Shown: positions 29,996 to 40,363 of the stretch, in pieces
Numbering within the stretch: position 1 is the stretch's first letter
Layout: each line of letters opens with the position of its first letter
Virus record (IMG/VR): IMGVR_UViG_3300031857_000053
Span: 43,267-107,266 of that record
Direction: 5' to 3' (one strand)
From: a virus
DNA: 64,000 nt
The notes under the pieces: model-generated
Databases searched by the model: none
What the model was told of the DNA's origin: nothing
Seen by the model: only the letters and a program-made list of their open reading frames with translations
Program-made: the position numbers and the translations under genes

Positions 29996-30805
29996 TTACA
30001 CTTGAGCTTCTGAACTAAATTCGATTTCTTGTTGATTAGGTTCTTCTGTTTGAGGTTCAGCAATTGGTGTTGGTTGTATGTAGCCTGGGGTGATATTATA
30101 CATATCACATAGGAACCAGTGTATAAGTCTTTGTTGATCTAGCCAGCTCTTAGGATGAGACCTTTGTAAGCTAAAGATAATATGACAATATAAAATCCAT
30201 AAGCTATCCTTATTAGCCGTGTATTTGTAAGTAGGTTTTTTGATCTCACTACAAACAATGTTAAGCTGTTCTGATGATAGTAAATTGTGCTCAACATAAA
30301 GCACTCCCATAATCTCGGCTCTAGTTCGAGTTGTTAGGATTATATTCTTCATAGCCTCCTTGTCTTGCACTAGTATATCATAATATTTTTGGGCTGATTG
30401 TATTTGGTTTTTGATTGTTGTTATTGTTTCTGTATCGGCATCCCCTGTGTGTTTTCTTCCCCATGTTCCTAGGTTTCCAGATAAAACAATACTCCCCGAT
30501 GTTGGCAAATATCCACCTGTTGCACATTTGAATCTCATCGATTTATCATATGAATTTGCCCAAGCAAACATCATCTTCATTTCTTGATCTTCTCCTCCTT
30601 TTAGGTGTATACGACCCGAGGCTACTTGGCATTCGTGAGAAGCTTTATACTCCTCACTTTCTATTGAAAATCCCGCGTCTGTTAACGCTTTATTTACTTC
30701 ATCAATAACAAACTGATGTGGTATTACTGTGTAGGTACTAGCATGATTTGGTAGAGCAGCATTTATTAGTGTGCTCTTAGGTACAATGTTTATTCTTCTT
30801 GACAT
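29996..30805 (-). CDS. DUF932/DUF945-like phage protein
   Basis: YTVIPHQ...ANSYDKSMRF...GRKHTG pattern. Confidence 0.6.
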   Translation of the reverse strand: MSRRINIVPKSTLINAALPNHASTYTVIPHQFVIDEVNKALTDAGFSIESEEYKASHECQVASGRIHLKGGEDQEMKMMFAWANSYDKSMRFKCATGGYLPTSGSIVLSGNLGTWGRKHTGDADTETITTIKNQIQSAQKYYDILVQDKEAMKNIILTTRTRAEIMGVLYVEHNLLSSEQLNIVCSEIKKPTYKYTANKDSLWILYCHIIFSLQRSHPKSWLDQQRLIHWFLCDMYNITPGYIQPTPIAEPQTEEPNQQEIEFSSEAQV

Positions 30806-30809
30806 AAGA

Positions 30810-32729
30810 TTAATTATAGATTATTTCTATTTGATTATTTTTCTTGGGGATGACACTAGCTATCTCTTTATAGATACTTTTTAGATAGTAGCTTTCATCT
30901 ATAGAATACTCTTCCCAATTTTTATTTTCTACTTTATTAAATACTTCTTGCATCCACTGACCAGCTTCTAATTGGATCTCTCGCTTATCGGTTTTATTTA
31001 CTTTAATTATCTTACAACCTTTAGATGTTATATAATATCTTAAAGTATTTTGTAAATCTCCGTAAACAATTTCTTGATTAACTACACAAGTTTGTTTGAA
31101 GCCCCAATCTCCTTTTATTTTTACACCAGCACAGTAGTCAAAAATATTTTTGTTTTCTGTTAGTGTTTTCTCAGGTGGGATATCATAGACTAGATAATTA
31201 TATACAGCTTTTCTTACTACTAGAAAACTTTTATTTTTATGTAAAGCGATATCTTCAAATTCAAATCTACCTTTACATTTTGGTTTCTTATTTGGATCCT
31301 CAAATACTGCGATATAATTATTTACATCAGCTAGAAATATCTTTTTATATTGTTCATGTTCTAGTTCTAAACTAGTCATATTCTCCCATTGCTTACATAT
31401 CTCTAGATACTTTTCCTTTTTATCTTTAGGTATCATCATCTCTAGACCATCTGTATTTTGCATTACTGGTATACTTCCAGGGATACCTTCTGATAACATC
31501 TCATATAGCATAGTTAATAATAGCTGACCATTAATTGTGATCTGCATACCAAATTGCGCATCATATAGAAAAGATGTAGGATCGATACTTAATCCATATG
31601 TACTATTCAGGATGATTTTGTAGACATAGTTCTTTGGATCTTTCTTGGGGATTTTTTTCCTCTCTTCGAAAAACCATTCATATAAACTACAAAAGTGATC
31701 CTTTGGTAAATGAGCCGGAGCCCAACCATTGCGGATGGCTAAATTAGGATAGAAGCTTGTTACATCAGAGCTCATGATAATCATATCCTCTGTTGCTTCA
31801 TAGATTCCATTTTTATTGGCACCGTGTAGTCCGCCAAGACCATATTCTGTTAGCATATTCTTATGCTTAAGCTTAAACTTAAATGCTCCTTTTATATTTC
31901 TAGGATCTATTATAAGATTCTCATAAGCTCTAAGAAGTGGTTTGAATTCTGGTTGATTAAATTTGACATATGGTAATAGTATATCTTTTACCTTAATTTC
32001 TTTTCTATTTGTTTTGAGTTGTTTGAGATCATACTTTGACTCTCCTAGTTTTTTACTTAGAAAATGTAAAAATAGTTCTTTGGATATTTTTGGTTCAGAG
32101 GCGCTGTATAAGTTGATCTTGTATTCATCAGTAAGGGTAGCTCTAAGGTTTACTTGTGAAGAAGATCTGTGAAGTATTTCTTTAGTTGATTTTACATCAT
32201 TACAACAATAATCTATTATTAGATTAATCTCTTTCATTGTTGTTATCTCAGTTGTGTGATGTATAGGCATCTCTTGAATATTCATCCAATCCATAGAATA
32301 CTGTATCCACTTTAGTCCCGATCTTTTAGCAGCATTGTCCCAGTGATTTAGTTTAAAAACATCTACTTGTTTTATTGATAGATTTTTTTCACTATACTCA
32401 GGAAACTCTCCTGTATTAGATCTTTCAATTGTTTTCTGAGCTTGTTTATAAATATCTTTTGCTATGTCTTCTGCGTGAGACTCTAGTAAGATAGTTTTAT
32501 TTTTTAATATATATTCCGTGATTTGCGAGTCAAAGGATAATCCATTAAAGGATACATGCCACTCTTGCTCACTAATATTTTTTTCTAAAAATTTTATTAA
32601 TTCAGCTATATGATTAGCTTTTTTATGGACAATAAATATCATCCTATTTGTGCTTGATACTTCTTCAAACACTGCTACAAAACAATTACTAAGTGTTTCG
32701 TAGTCCATTACCCAATGTGTTTTTTCCAT
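30810..32729 (-). CDS. polB: DNA polymerase family B
   Basis: Exo I (MDYET), Exo II (FNGLSFD), YCCNDV, motif A SDVTSFYPN, motif B KIILNSTYG, motif C NTDG. Confidence 0.93.
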   Translation of the reverse strand: MEKTHWVMDYETLSNCFVAVFEEVSSTNRMIFIVHKKANHIAELIKFLEKNISEQEWHVSFNGLSFDSQITEYILKNKTILLESHAEDIAKDIYKQAQKTIERSNTGEFPEYSEKNLSIKQVDVFKLNHWDNAAKRSGLKWIQYSMDWMNIQEMPIHHTTEITTMKEINLIIDYCCNDVKSTKEILHRSSSQVNLRATLTDEYKINLYSASEPKISKELFLHFLSKKLGESKYDLKQLKTNRKEIKVKDILLPYVKFNQPEFKPLLRAYENLIIDPRNIKGAFKFKLKHKNMLTEYGLGGLHGANKNGIYEATEDMIIMSSDVTSFYPNLAIRNGWAPAHLPKDHFCSLYEWFFEERKKIPKKDPKNYVYKIILNSTYGLSIDPTSFLYDAQFGMQITINGQLLLTMLYEMLSEGIPGSIPVMQNTDGLEMMIPKDKKEKYLEICKQWENMTSLELEHEQYKKIFLADVNNYIAVFEDPNKKPKCKGRFEFEDIALHKNKSFLVVRKAVYNYLVYDIPPEKTLTENKNIFDYCAGVKIKGDWGFKQTCVVNQEIVYGDLQNTLRYYITSKGCKIIKVNKTDKREIQLEAGQWMQEVFNKVENKNWEEYSIDESYYLKSIYKEIASVIPKKNNQIEIIYN

Positions 32730-32770
32730 AATGGATTGTTCAGTTAAGCTGTTCCCCCGATTATAGATAG

Positions 32771-32797
32771 AAAAAGCGAGACATTATATCTCGCTTT
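32771..32797 (-). terminator. Intrinsic terminator
   Basis: AGCGAGA-loop-TCTCGCT followed by a U-tract on the minus strand. Confidence 0.65.
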
Positions 32798-32817
32798 ATC
32801 TTCTGAGTTATTTTTGA

Positions 32818-33198
32818 TTATTGTTCTACTTCTTCTTTTACTTTCATATCAATGAAGTATTTTTTATAATCAAATGAATCTAAATTAATAGCAAAGAGTT
32901 CGATTATATTACTAATCTCTTCTTTATTAATCATAAAGTATTCATATTCTACATTGACAAGTTTTCTTTCTTGTGCTGGTTGGTTGGTTCCCTTAACCAT
33001 GACGATATTACCTTTATCATCCACCTTATCGATAAACTTAAACATTTGTTTAGCTTGTTTATTCATGATACCAAGTCCTTGATGACGCGGCATGAAAATC
33101 ATTTCTAGGTAAGGACAATCCGAGGTTATCGGCATTAGTCTAAAAGTTGGGATACCTTCCCAATCTGATGAATAGAGTAACATTGATTTAGCTGACAT
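32818..33198 (-). CDS. Hypothetical protein
   Basis: 126-aa ORF in operon context. Confidence 0.7.
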   Translation of the reverse strand: MSAKSMLLYSSDWEGIPTFRLMPITSDCPYLEMIFMPRHQGLGIMNKQAKQMFKFIDKVDDKGNIVMVKGTNQPAQERKLVNVEYEYFMINKEEISNIIELFAINLDSFDYKKYFIDMKVKEEVEQ

Positions 33199-33225
33199 AT
33201 ACTTTTTTTTATTGGTTTTTACAAA

Positions 33226-33807
33226 TTAAGATAATCCCTTTATCATATGCAAATCTTTTATTTCTGCAAATAGATTTTCTTTTTCTAAATCTGGTTTGGA
33301 ACATAATTCTTTTACATTTTTCAATATGTTGTACATCTCTTTATAATCTTTTTGATCAACAATCAATAGCTCAACATATAGAGTATGAAATCTTTCAGGG
33401 TATAAATAGCTATCTATTATTCCTCTATTATTTACTCCAAAAAAGTTTCTAATCTTTTGTTTAAGATCATTACTTAATTTTGAGTATTTACCATTTATAA
33501 AATTATCCCAATCATTTTGCATATGACTAAAATCAAATGTATAAATCCCCATACCATCTTTTGTAATTTTGAAATCGTGAAACATTTTATGTCCCATCAG
33601 CTTATCCTTTTCGAATCTTTTAAATTCTTCATCATCTCGTAAATGATACACACACGATAGTTTTCTATCCTCCAATTTGTATCTATCGTTCCAACTTGTA
33701 TAAGTTTGGATTGGTGTAACACTACTACCTCTTTTCAATTCTAGAGCAGGATATAGAAATAACCTGCTCTTTTGAATATAATCTTTGTATACGGATAAAC
33801 CTCCCAT
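33226..33807 (-). CDS. Hypothetical phage protein
   Basis: 193-aa ORF tightly packed in the replication module. Confidence 0.75.
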   Translation of the reverse strand: MGGLSVYKDYIQKSRLFLYPALELKRGSSVTPIQTYTSWNDRYKLEDRKLSCVYHLRDDEEFKRFEKDKLMGHKMFHDFKITKDGMGIYTFDFSHMQNDWDNFINGKYSKLSNDLKQKIRNFFGVNNRGIIDSYLYPERFHTLYVELLIVDQKDYKEMYNILKNVKELCSKPDLEKENLFAEIKDLHMIKGLS

Positions 33808-33822
33808 GGTTTTTAAAATATT

Positions 33823-34860
33823 TTAAAGTAAGACATTGGTTGTTGCTAGCTCGTATGGAAGATCATATCTATTATTTGAATAGTGCCAATCTGCTTTCTT
33901 AAGTTCTTTCTCTAGGTTCTCCTCCCAAGCTTTCATTGTATTCTCTGATACACCAAAGCAATAACTTTGTTTGTATTTATCAATAACAATAAAAGTAAAC
34001 TTTATATCCCACTCATTAGGATCAAGACCATTTGCTAATAGAAATGTTTCCGTGACTAGTTTTTTATACAATGCTGCTTGTATCCATAGTTTGTAAAACT
34101 CTACGGTTTCAGGAAACTCGGATAATGTTTTAGATGTGGTTTTTAAGTCATTAATCTTAATGCTTTTATTTGTGCTATCTATAACTAGATTATCTAGAAT
34201 TCCTTTTAATCCGGTATTGCGAGACTCTTCCTTTTCTATTTGGATACCAAACTCATTGAATACTTGGCTATTTTCTCCAAGATTTAATTTTCCTAAGAGG
34301 GTCATTATTTCTTCATTTTCTTTGAGTTGCTCTACAATATCTACACATGCACTATGAGTTGGAAGATCTACGATACTTTTATCTTGCCGATTAAATAAAA
34401 ATTCGAAGTATTCTTGATGAGAGTCTGTTATAATTTTTTCTATTCTTTGCTCATCTGTTTTGAGTGATTGATAAAGGTTTACTTCTTTGAGGATATCAAT
34501 AATAGCATCTTTGTGATCTGATAATTGATTCTTTGCGGGCTCTTCGAATCCACCTACAGTAGTAAGATTAAGTTGAAGTTGGAATACTTGTTCGATAACT
34601 TTTTTTGGATTTTCGCTTGGTTGATTTCCCGGTAGAAGTATAAACTGATTTTTAAAATTATCAGGATCCAACAACAAGCAATGGATAAGTTTACCCATTA
34701 GCGTTGCTGAAGTTTCTACATCTTCCTTTTGTCCTAATATATAATGGTTATAAAATAGATTAGGTGAGTATAAAAGTTTATTTAAACTTGAATAACTAAA
34801 ATAAAAATCTTTTAGATAAAAGTTTTCTTCTGCTGTTTTTTGTTCTATTGTTTTATTCAT
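33823..34860 (-). CDS. PD-(D/E)XK exonuclease (RecB/ExoVIII-like)
   Basis: FSYSSL, GKLIHCLLL, KGILDNL...DLKTT, YKLWIQAALY. Confidence 0.85.
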   Translation of the reverse strand: MNKTIEQKTAEENFYLKDFYFSYSSLNKLLYSPNLFYNHYILGQKEDVETSATLMGKLIHCLLLDPDNFKNQFILLPGNQPSENPKKVIEQVFQLQLNLTTVGGFEEPAKNQLSDHKDAIIDILKEVNLYQSLKTDEQRIEKIITDSHQEYFEFLFNRQDKSIVDLPTHSACVDIVEQLKENEEIMTLLGKLNLGENSQVFNEFGIQIEKEESRNTGLKGILDNLVIDSTNKSIKINDLKTTSKTLSEFPETVEFYKLWIQAALYKKLVTETFLLANGLDPNEWDIKFTFIVIDKYKQSYCFGVSENTMKAWEENLEKELKKADWHYSNNRYDLPYELATTNVLL

Positions 34861-34868
34861 AATTTAAT

Positions 34869-35999
34869 TTAAAATAGATAATCTTCTGTTTCATTTTCAT
34901 CATCATCATTATCTTCAATATCTTCTTCTTTTTTTTCTTCATCATTTACAAAACATCCTTTTTCCATAGCTTTTTGTAATTCTTCAGTAGGAGTAATTAC
35001 ATCAGCTACAAAATAATCACTATTAGTATTTACTCTAATTGAATCATCTTTTTTACCAAGTGCTAAAACAATATCCATATTTTCTTTAGTGATTTGTTTA
35101 TGGTCTGATAATATTTGAATTACATGATCAATATTTAAATAATACCAATTACGTTTTATATTTAAAAATTCTAGGAGTGATTTGAAGTTTACGTGACTAC
35201 ACTCTTTTTTGTATTTAAGTGTATTTCCGTGGTTCTTGAGTAGGAAGAGCAAATATACTAAAGAAGTTTCATAATCACAATTTGCCATAAGCTCAATTGC
35301 TAACACATTATTGTTATCATCTGAAGATTCTAGCATCTCACTTATTTCTTCATAGCCTTTTTCATCTATAGTAACAGCGTTTGAAATATACTTTTGTAAT
35401 TCTTTATCTTGTATAAAAGGTTTATCAGTATTTACTAAAAAATCTAATAACTCTAGATGAGTTTCTTTAACTGTCCAATAATGTTTACCATTATATCTAC
35501 TTCTATCTTCAGAAGATAACATCCACCAATCAAGATCAATAAAATCATTAGGATGTTCTATTGTTAAATTAAGAACATCTTTAATTTTATCTGTTGAAAT
35601 ATTTGGATTATCTTCTTTTGCTTCAATTATTTTTTCTTTTATAATTGGTGTATAATCTTCACACTGTATATAGTAAGAATATTTTTTGCTTATAAGTTTA
35701 TCTATAGCATTTTCATTATACACTATTACATCAGCTGATTTTATATTCTTTACTATACTTATAAAATCAGCTTCTTTTATTTTATTTAATTTAAATCTTG
35801 GTAAGATACAATTAGGAATAAAATATATTTTCTCTCCACCTTTTAATGTTGTTATTGATTTAGTTGCAAATAAATCTCTAAAGCAATCATCATTAAATGT
35901 TTTAGCTGGAACTATATATTTTGTTTTTTCTTTGCTAAGCGTCAACTGAAGATTATAACCTGTTGTTGCATGAGCTTTTTTAAAAAGTTCTTTTATCAT
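34869..35999 (-). CDS. Hypothetical protein, possible N-terminal BRCT-like domain, acidic tail
   Basis: KIYFIP..LPRFKL...IVKNIKSADVIV segment. Shares a helical motif with 35996 and 39183 ORFs. Confidence 0.6.
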   Translation of the reverse strand: MIKELFKKAHATTGYNLQLTLSKEKTKYIVPAKTFNDDCFRDLFATKSITTLKGGEKIYFIPNCILPRFKLNKIKEADFISIVKNIKSADVIVYNENAIDKLISKKYSYYIQCEDYTPIIKEKIIEAKEDNPNISTDKIKDVLNLTIEHPNDFIDLDWWMLSSEDRSRYNGKHYWTVKETHLELLDFLVNTDKPFIQDKELQKYISNAVTIDEKGYEEISEMLESSDDNNNVLAIELMANCDYETSLVYLLFLLKNHGNTLKYKKECSHVNFKSLLEFLNIKRNWYYLNIDHVIQILSDHKQITKENMDIVLALGKKDDSIRVNTNSDYFVADVITPTEELQKAMEKGCFVNDEEKKEEDIEDNDDDENETEDYLF

Positions 36000-36481
36000 A
36001 TATCTTTTTTTAAATGAGGATATTCATCTTTAGCATCATATGTAATATTAAATAATTTTGTTATTATTAAATCTTTCATTCGGTTTTCTATATGATTATG
36101 TAGTGCTTCTTTATAGTTCTTTTGTATAAAATCATCTACAAAATTTATATCTTTTTCTAATAATTTTCTTACAAATTGTAATTCACTCCAGGAATATACT
36201 TCTCTATAAGAGAATACTTTATTTAGATCTCTTCCTTTTTTTGTTCTAAGATTTGCAAAATTAGTAACTACTGTATAGTTATAATGTATCATTTGATATA
36301 AATAATGCCAATTAGATGGGATAGTAAGATTAACATTTAATATTAAATTTTGACCCATTATAATATTTTCGGTATCTCTACTAGTTAACATACCTTTTAT
36401 TGTATCAGCTTGTTCTTGTGTTAACACTAAGCTCCCAATAGGGAGCTCAGTATTAGGATAACATTTTACTTCTTTTATCAT
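35996..36481 (-). CDS. Hypothetical protein
   Basis: 161 aa, 4-bp overlap with the downstream gene. Confidence 0.7.
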   Translation of the reverse strand: MIKEVKCYPNTELPIGSLVLTQEQADTIKGMLTSRDTENIIMGQNLILNVNLTIPSNWHYLYQMIHYNYTVVTNFANLRTKKGRDLNKVFSYREVYSWSELQFVRKLLEKDINFVDDFIQKNYKEALHNHIENRMKDLIITKLFNITYDAKDEYPHLKKDI

Positions 36482-36487
36482 ATAAAA

Positions 36488-37969
36488 TTATTTTACGGCC
36501 ATCTTGATAACTTCAGGATTAACCATTATCTTTTGAAACTTTTGTTTGTTACCATTTAAGATTTTCTTTACCATATGATATTTTAAATCATTAGTAAATA
36601 GATCTGGTTCAGTTACTAGGAAAGTGATTCTATCAATAATCTTTTGTGTAATACTATTCTTCTCAGCATAGAATAAACTATAGTTGATAATTCTTGTAGC
36701 CATGATTGCAGCAATATCTGCGCGATAGTTATCTCCACTACCAATAGATGACATGAGCTTATCACTAATTGTTTTATTATTATCACCAAGTAAGATCTCT
36801 TTTGGCTCAATTAATTTATCAAGTTTATTATGAATAAAGCTTGTAAACATTGTAGTAAATTCTGTACCAACACTACCTTCTCCAATATTCTGAATTAGTG
36901 GTAGATTGTTTTCAAAATCTTTAATTGAGCTAATCGAGTTATAGAAGTTTACAATACTACGAGCATTGGTATTATGTGTAACAAGTTCTGGGTGCATCAA
37001 CATAAAATTGATACAACGAGTATCTATCTGATCATTCTCAGCCCATGTTCCCCATACTTCCATATCAAACTTTAGATTAACACTAATGAATCTGGTTCTT
37101 TGCGCAGTGTCAATACTGTTTACTAAATAGTCTCCATTATCTGGATTAGCGGTTAAAACAATATGCCAATCTTTTGGTAACTTCCAAGAGATATATTCTT
37201 GTCTATCTACAAGCTCCATTACAGCTTGGATAAATCTTACATCTGCTCTATTCCAGTCATCAAGAATTAGGATACCACCACCTTGCTTATCAGCAATCCA
37301 CTCTGGTGGGCAATAACTCATTCTCTTTTTTCCGGTAAACTTATATCCTCTTTTTACATATTCATCAATAGCTTGTTCATCAATCCATAGATAGTCTCCT
37401 TCTTCAGCACTTGGTTCTTCAATAACAGATACTATTTCATCAACGGTCTCTATAACTTCAACCTCTTCTTCTACTTCGCGCTCAACTTCTACTTCTTTTG
37501 GAACCATCTTTGCAATCTTAGTTTCAACTTCTTTGGTAACAAATTTGCCATTTTCAAGTACTTGTTTCTTAGAAATCTGTACATCAAACTCTTCTACCAT
37601 TTGAGTCTCAAGTTCTGTAATCATTTTCTTTACAACTTTCTTTACCATACGAGTAGTTGGTGCACTTACTTTCTTTACAGCAGGAGCTACTTGAATAGAT
37701 CCTTCTTTAGACAATTGAAATTGTCTTACAGGAAATCCTACAAGATCTCCTAACTCTTCTATCTGTGCTAAGTTTAACTTTACACAGTTTAAACCTGTCT
37801 CGTTTGCTAATTGCAATATAGAACTTGTCTTACCAATACCTGAATCACCGATTACTTCTACGGCTACTGGTTTCTTTCCAGAAGCTTGAAGAAATCTATT
37901 GTTACTAATAATGTGATTCATGAAGCTTTTTAGATCTTCAATGTTTAAGTTTACTTGATTATTATTCAT
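36488..37969 (-). CDS. MoxR-like AAA+ ATPase
   Basis: Walker A GDSGIGKT, Walker B ILILDDWNRA, TANP, arginine finger TAQRTRF. Adjacent to a VWA partner gene. Confidence 0.88.
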   Translation of the reverse strand: MNNNQVNLNIEDLKSFMNHIISNNRFLQASGKKPVAVEVIGDSGIGKTSSILQLANETGLNCVKLNLAQIEELGDLVGFPVRQFQLSKEGSIQVAPAVKKVSAPTTRMVKKVVKKMITELETQMVEEFDVQISKKQVLENGKFVTKEVETKIAKMVPKEVEVEREVEEEVEVIETVDEIVSVIEEPSAEEGDYLWIDEQAIDEYVKRGYKFTGKKRMSYCPPEWIADKQGGGILILDDWNRADVRFIQAVMELVDRQEYISWKLPKDWHIVLTANPDNGDYLVNSIDTAQRTRFISVNLKFDMEVWGTWAENDQIDTRCINFMLMHPELVTHNTNARSIVNFYNSISSIKDFENNLPLIQNIGEGSVGTEFTTMFTSFIHNKLDKLIEPKEILLGDNNKTISDKLMSSIGSGDNYRADIAAIMATRIINYSLFYAEKNSITQKIIDRITFLVTEPDLFTNDLKYHMVKKILNGNKQKFQKIMVNPEVIKMAVK

Positions 37970-37971
37970 TT

Positions 37972-39183
37972 TTAGTTTAATTTAATTGTTACACCTGGTA
38001 GGTGATCTGTTTCTTTTGATTTACTTGATAATACCCATAATACTTTATTTGCTTTAGTAGAGGGAGCGGGTGCTTCTCCATCTGTAAGATAGATTAAACA
38101 AGAATATTTTTTAGTATTCTCTGCATAATAATCCATAACAGGATCAAAACTAGTTCCTCCTCGGCCATATATTTTCTTTTCAGCTTTTGGATTATACTTT
38201 TCAATCTTTTGTATAGCAACATCAGCATGTGCAACAGTAACTTCAGCACCTGTTTTAAAGATATGATGGATCTCTTGCATAAACTCAGTGAGCTCATCAT
38301 CACTAACTGATCCTGAAGTGTCAACACCTACAAGAACATGCTTTTTATATTTTATCTTCAGACCTGGATTATCTTCATATCTTTTATTGAATTTTCTCCG
38401 TGTCTTTTTAGTGTAGGTTTTGATATTACCACCAGCAAATCTTCTAAGGTAACCTCTCCAATCAAACTTAGGTGGTTCCGTATAATTAATTTCATCTAGT
38501 ATATTACATATCTCACCTGGGATTGTTCCTCTACTTTTTTCTATCTGTTCTTTTAACTCATTTAAAAGAGTTTGAGTATGTTTATTTAGAAGCTTCTTTG
38601 TAGCTTCATCCATAGGTTTACCATCTTTATTTTCCCAGTCATGTTGTGGTAGATTTACTTCTGTTTCATCTCCATTCCCATCGCTTAACACTATTGTTAC
38701 TCCTTGAGACTCTAACATTGAATTTAGATTAGGACAACTTTTATTCTTTGAAGCTTTCATAAGCTCATCATAATAATAGTGTGTACCTTTTTTCTTTTCT
38801 AGATTTAACTCAGGAAATAAACTAAGGAGCATGCCACCCGGAGGTAACCAATCTTCATCTATATACTGATTAATTTCTAAATCCATTGCTATGTTTCTTA
38901 CTTTAGCATCTCTTAATCCTTCATAGTTGGTAAGGTGAAAGAAAGCAATATGTAATAGCTCATGTTTTAATAATCCTTTTCTATGGTCACTTGATAAAGT
39001 TTTCCAAAACTCAGGATTAATTTCAAGATTATATGTAATACCATTTATATATACACCAGCTGTTTCTAGCTTATTATTAAACTTTCTTTGTAACATAATT
39101 AAGAATAGTCCATAGAAAGGTTCCTTAAGCATAAGGTCTTTAGATGTCTTTGCTAAACTATCTACTAGTTCTTGATTTGTCAT
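37972..39183 (-). CDS. DUF2201-type metallopeptidase + VWA domain protein
   Basis: HELLH, NIAMDLEIN, MIDAS DTSGS, GRGGT, LTDG. Confidence 0.88.
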   Translation of the reverse strand: MTNQELVDSLAKTSKDLMLKEPFYGLFLIMLQRKFNNKLETAGVYINGITYNLEINPEFWKTLSSDHRKGLLKHELLHIAFFHLTNYEGLRDAKVRNIAMDLEINQYIDEDWLPPGGMLLSLFPELNLEKKKGTHYYYDELMKASKNKSCPNLNSMLESQGVTIVLSDGNGDETEVNLPQHDWENKDGKPMDEATKKLLNKHTQTLLNELKEQIEKSRGTIPGEICNILDEINYTEPPKFDWRGYLRRFAGGNIKTYTKKTRRKFNKRYEDNPGLKIKYKKHVLVGVDTSGSVSDDELTEFMQEIHHIFKTGAEVTVAHADVAIQKIEKYNPKAEKKIYGRGGTSFDPVMDYYAENTKKYSCLIYLTDGEAPAPSTKANKVLWVLSSKSKETDHLPGVTIKLN

Positions 39184-39587
39184 TATATTTTAATTTTAAT
39201 TTTTATATCTTCAATAAAAACCCAACCTAATCCAGCACTATTTATAAAAGATTTTTTAATTATTTCTTCTATTTCTTCAGTAAATAATTTTATTTTTTCT
39301 TTTGAAAAATATCCAGGAACAATTTCATCTTTATTCTTCATAAAATCATATATAGCTTTTAGATTCATTTGAATATCTAGATTTTCTTTTTTCAAAATAC
39401 TCATAAGATTAGGCGCATGAGTAGTCCAATATTTAGCATTAAGATTTGCTTTTCTTTTTATTAATAATATTTGTAATAAATTTTCTTCTATATCACAATT
39501 ATTAATTAATGTTAATCCTACTATATAACTTTCTTCATCATTGCCATATAAGAGTTCTTCTATTTTTTTTAATGTTTCTTTTTCCAT
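39183..39587 (-). CDS. Hypothetical protein
   Basis: 134 aa, translationally coupled to both neighbours. Confidence 0.7.
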   Translation of the reverse strand: MEKETLKKIEELLYGNDEESYIVGLTLINNCDIEENLLQILLIKRKANLNAKYWTTHAPNLMSILKKENLDIQMNLKAIYDFMKNKDEIVPGYFSKEKIKLFTEEIEEIIKKSFINSAGLGWVFIEDIKIKIKI

Positions 39588-39928
39588 TAATCTTCTAGGT
39601 TTAATGTTTTAATCATCCACAGTTCAGGTTTTTCTAAACCTTTTAACCATTCTTTTGCTGAAGGAATATATCCATTACAATCTTCTTTTACATGTTGTTC
39701 ACCAACATAGCGAGTGTATACTGTTTTACCTTCACTATTCTTAAAGCTTTTTCCAAATACTCTTTCACATTCGAAGATACCTTCTGAGTGATGACGAAAG
39801 AGTCTGTGATTAGAGTGACCTATCCAAGCTTTAGTTTCATCAAACCAATTATGGATATCTATATAATCTTCGGGTATACCTCCGAATTTTTTTACAGAAC
39901 TTTTACAGTGTACTAATGGATGTGCCAT
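39587..39928 (-). CDS. DUF6915-like His-rich protein
   Basis: MAHPLVH.KSSVKKFGG...IH.WFD...HR...HHSEG...EQHVKED. Confidence 0.7.
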   Translation of the reverse strand: MAHPLVHCKSSVKKFGGIPEDYIDIHNWFDETKAWIGHSNHRLFRHHSEGIFECERVFGKSFKNSEGKTVYTRYVGEQHVKEDCNGYIPSAKEWLKGLEKPELWMIKTLNLED

Positions 39929-39930
39929 AA

Positions 39931-40353
39931 TTAATCTTCTATTTTACCTTCTGAGGAACAATCATGTATATCGGTATATCTAGTATAATGATAAGAGTCA
40001 TAGGAACTATCTTCTGTTGAGATATATAATTGACCATATCCACCATCATTATTACACCAGTCTTCTAAATCATTTAGTACTTTATTATATGCTTGATTTG
40101 CTATTAAATTATATAATTCTGTATCTAATTCTATTCGATCTTCTATATCGTAACAAGTATTATAACTAATTACATTTTCTAAATCTCTAGGTATTGGAAT
40201 TATGTCTTCAATATCTCCACTATCTCCACTACCATCATATACTATACATATATGAGAATAACCTTGGGCTGCAAGGTTAAATAAAATGTGACTAAATGTG
40301 CTATCTAAAGGGATTGTTACATTAAGTTTTTCTTTTTTTTCTGTTGTCTCCAT
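39931..40353 (-). CDS. DUF6878-like acidic protein
   Basis: YDGSGDSG and W.NNDGGYG motifs. Start moved to ATG 40353 to avoid overlap. Confidence 0.65.
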   Translation of the reverse strand: METTEKKEKLNVTIPLDSTFSHILFNLAAQGYSHICIVYDGSGDSGDIEDIIPIPRDLENVISYNTCYDIEDRIELDTELYNLIANQAYNKVLNDLEDWCNNDGGYGQLYISTEDSSYDSYHYTRYTDIHDCSSEGKIED

Positions 40354-40363
40354 AGTTATTATA

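Noticed and set aside
10664-32729. Inteins or introns in RNAP and PolB
   Set aside because: I saw no intein C/S...HN motifs, LAGLIDADG blocks or frame breaks. PolB is compact.
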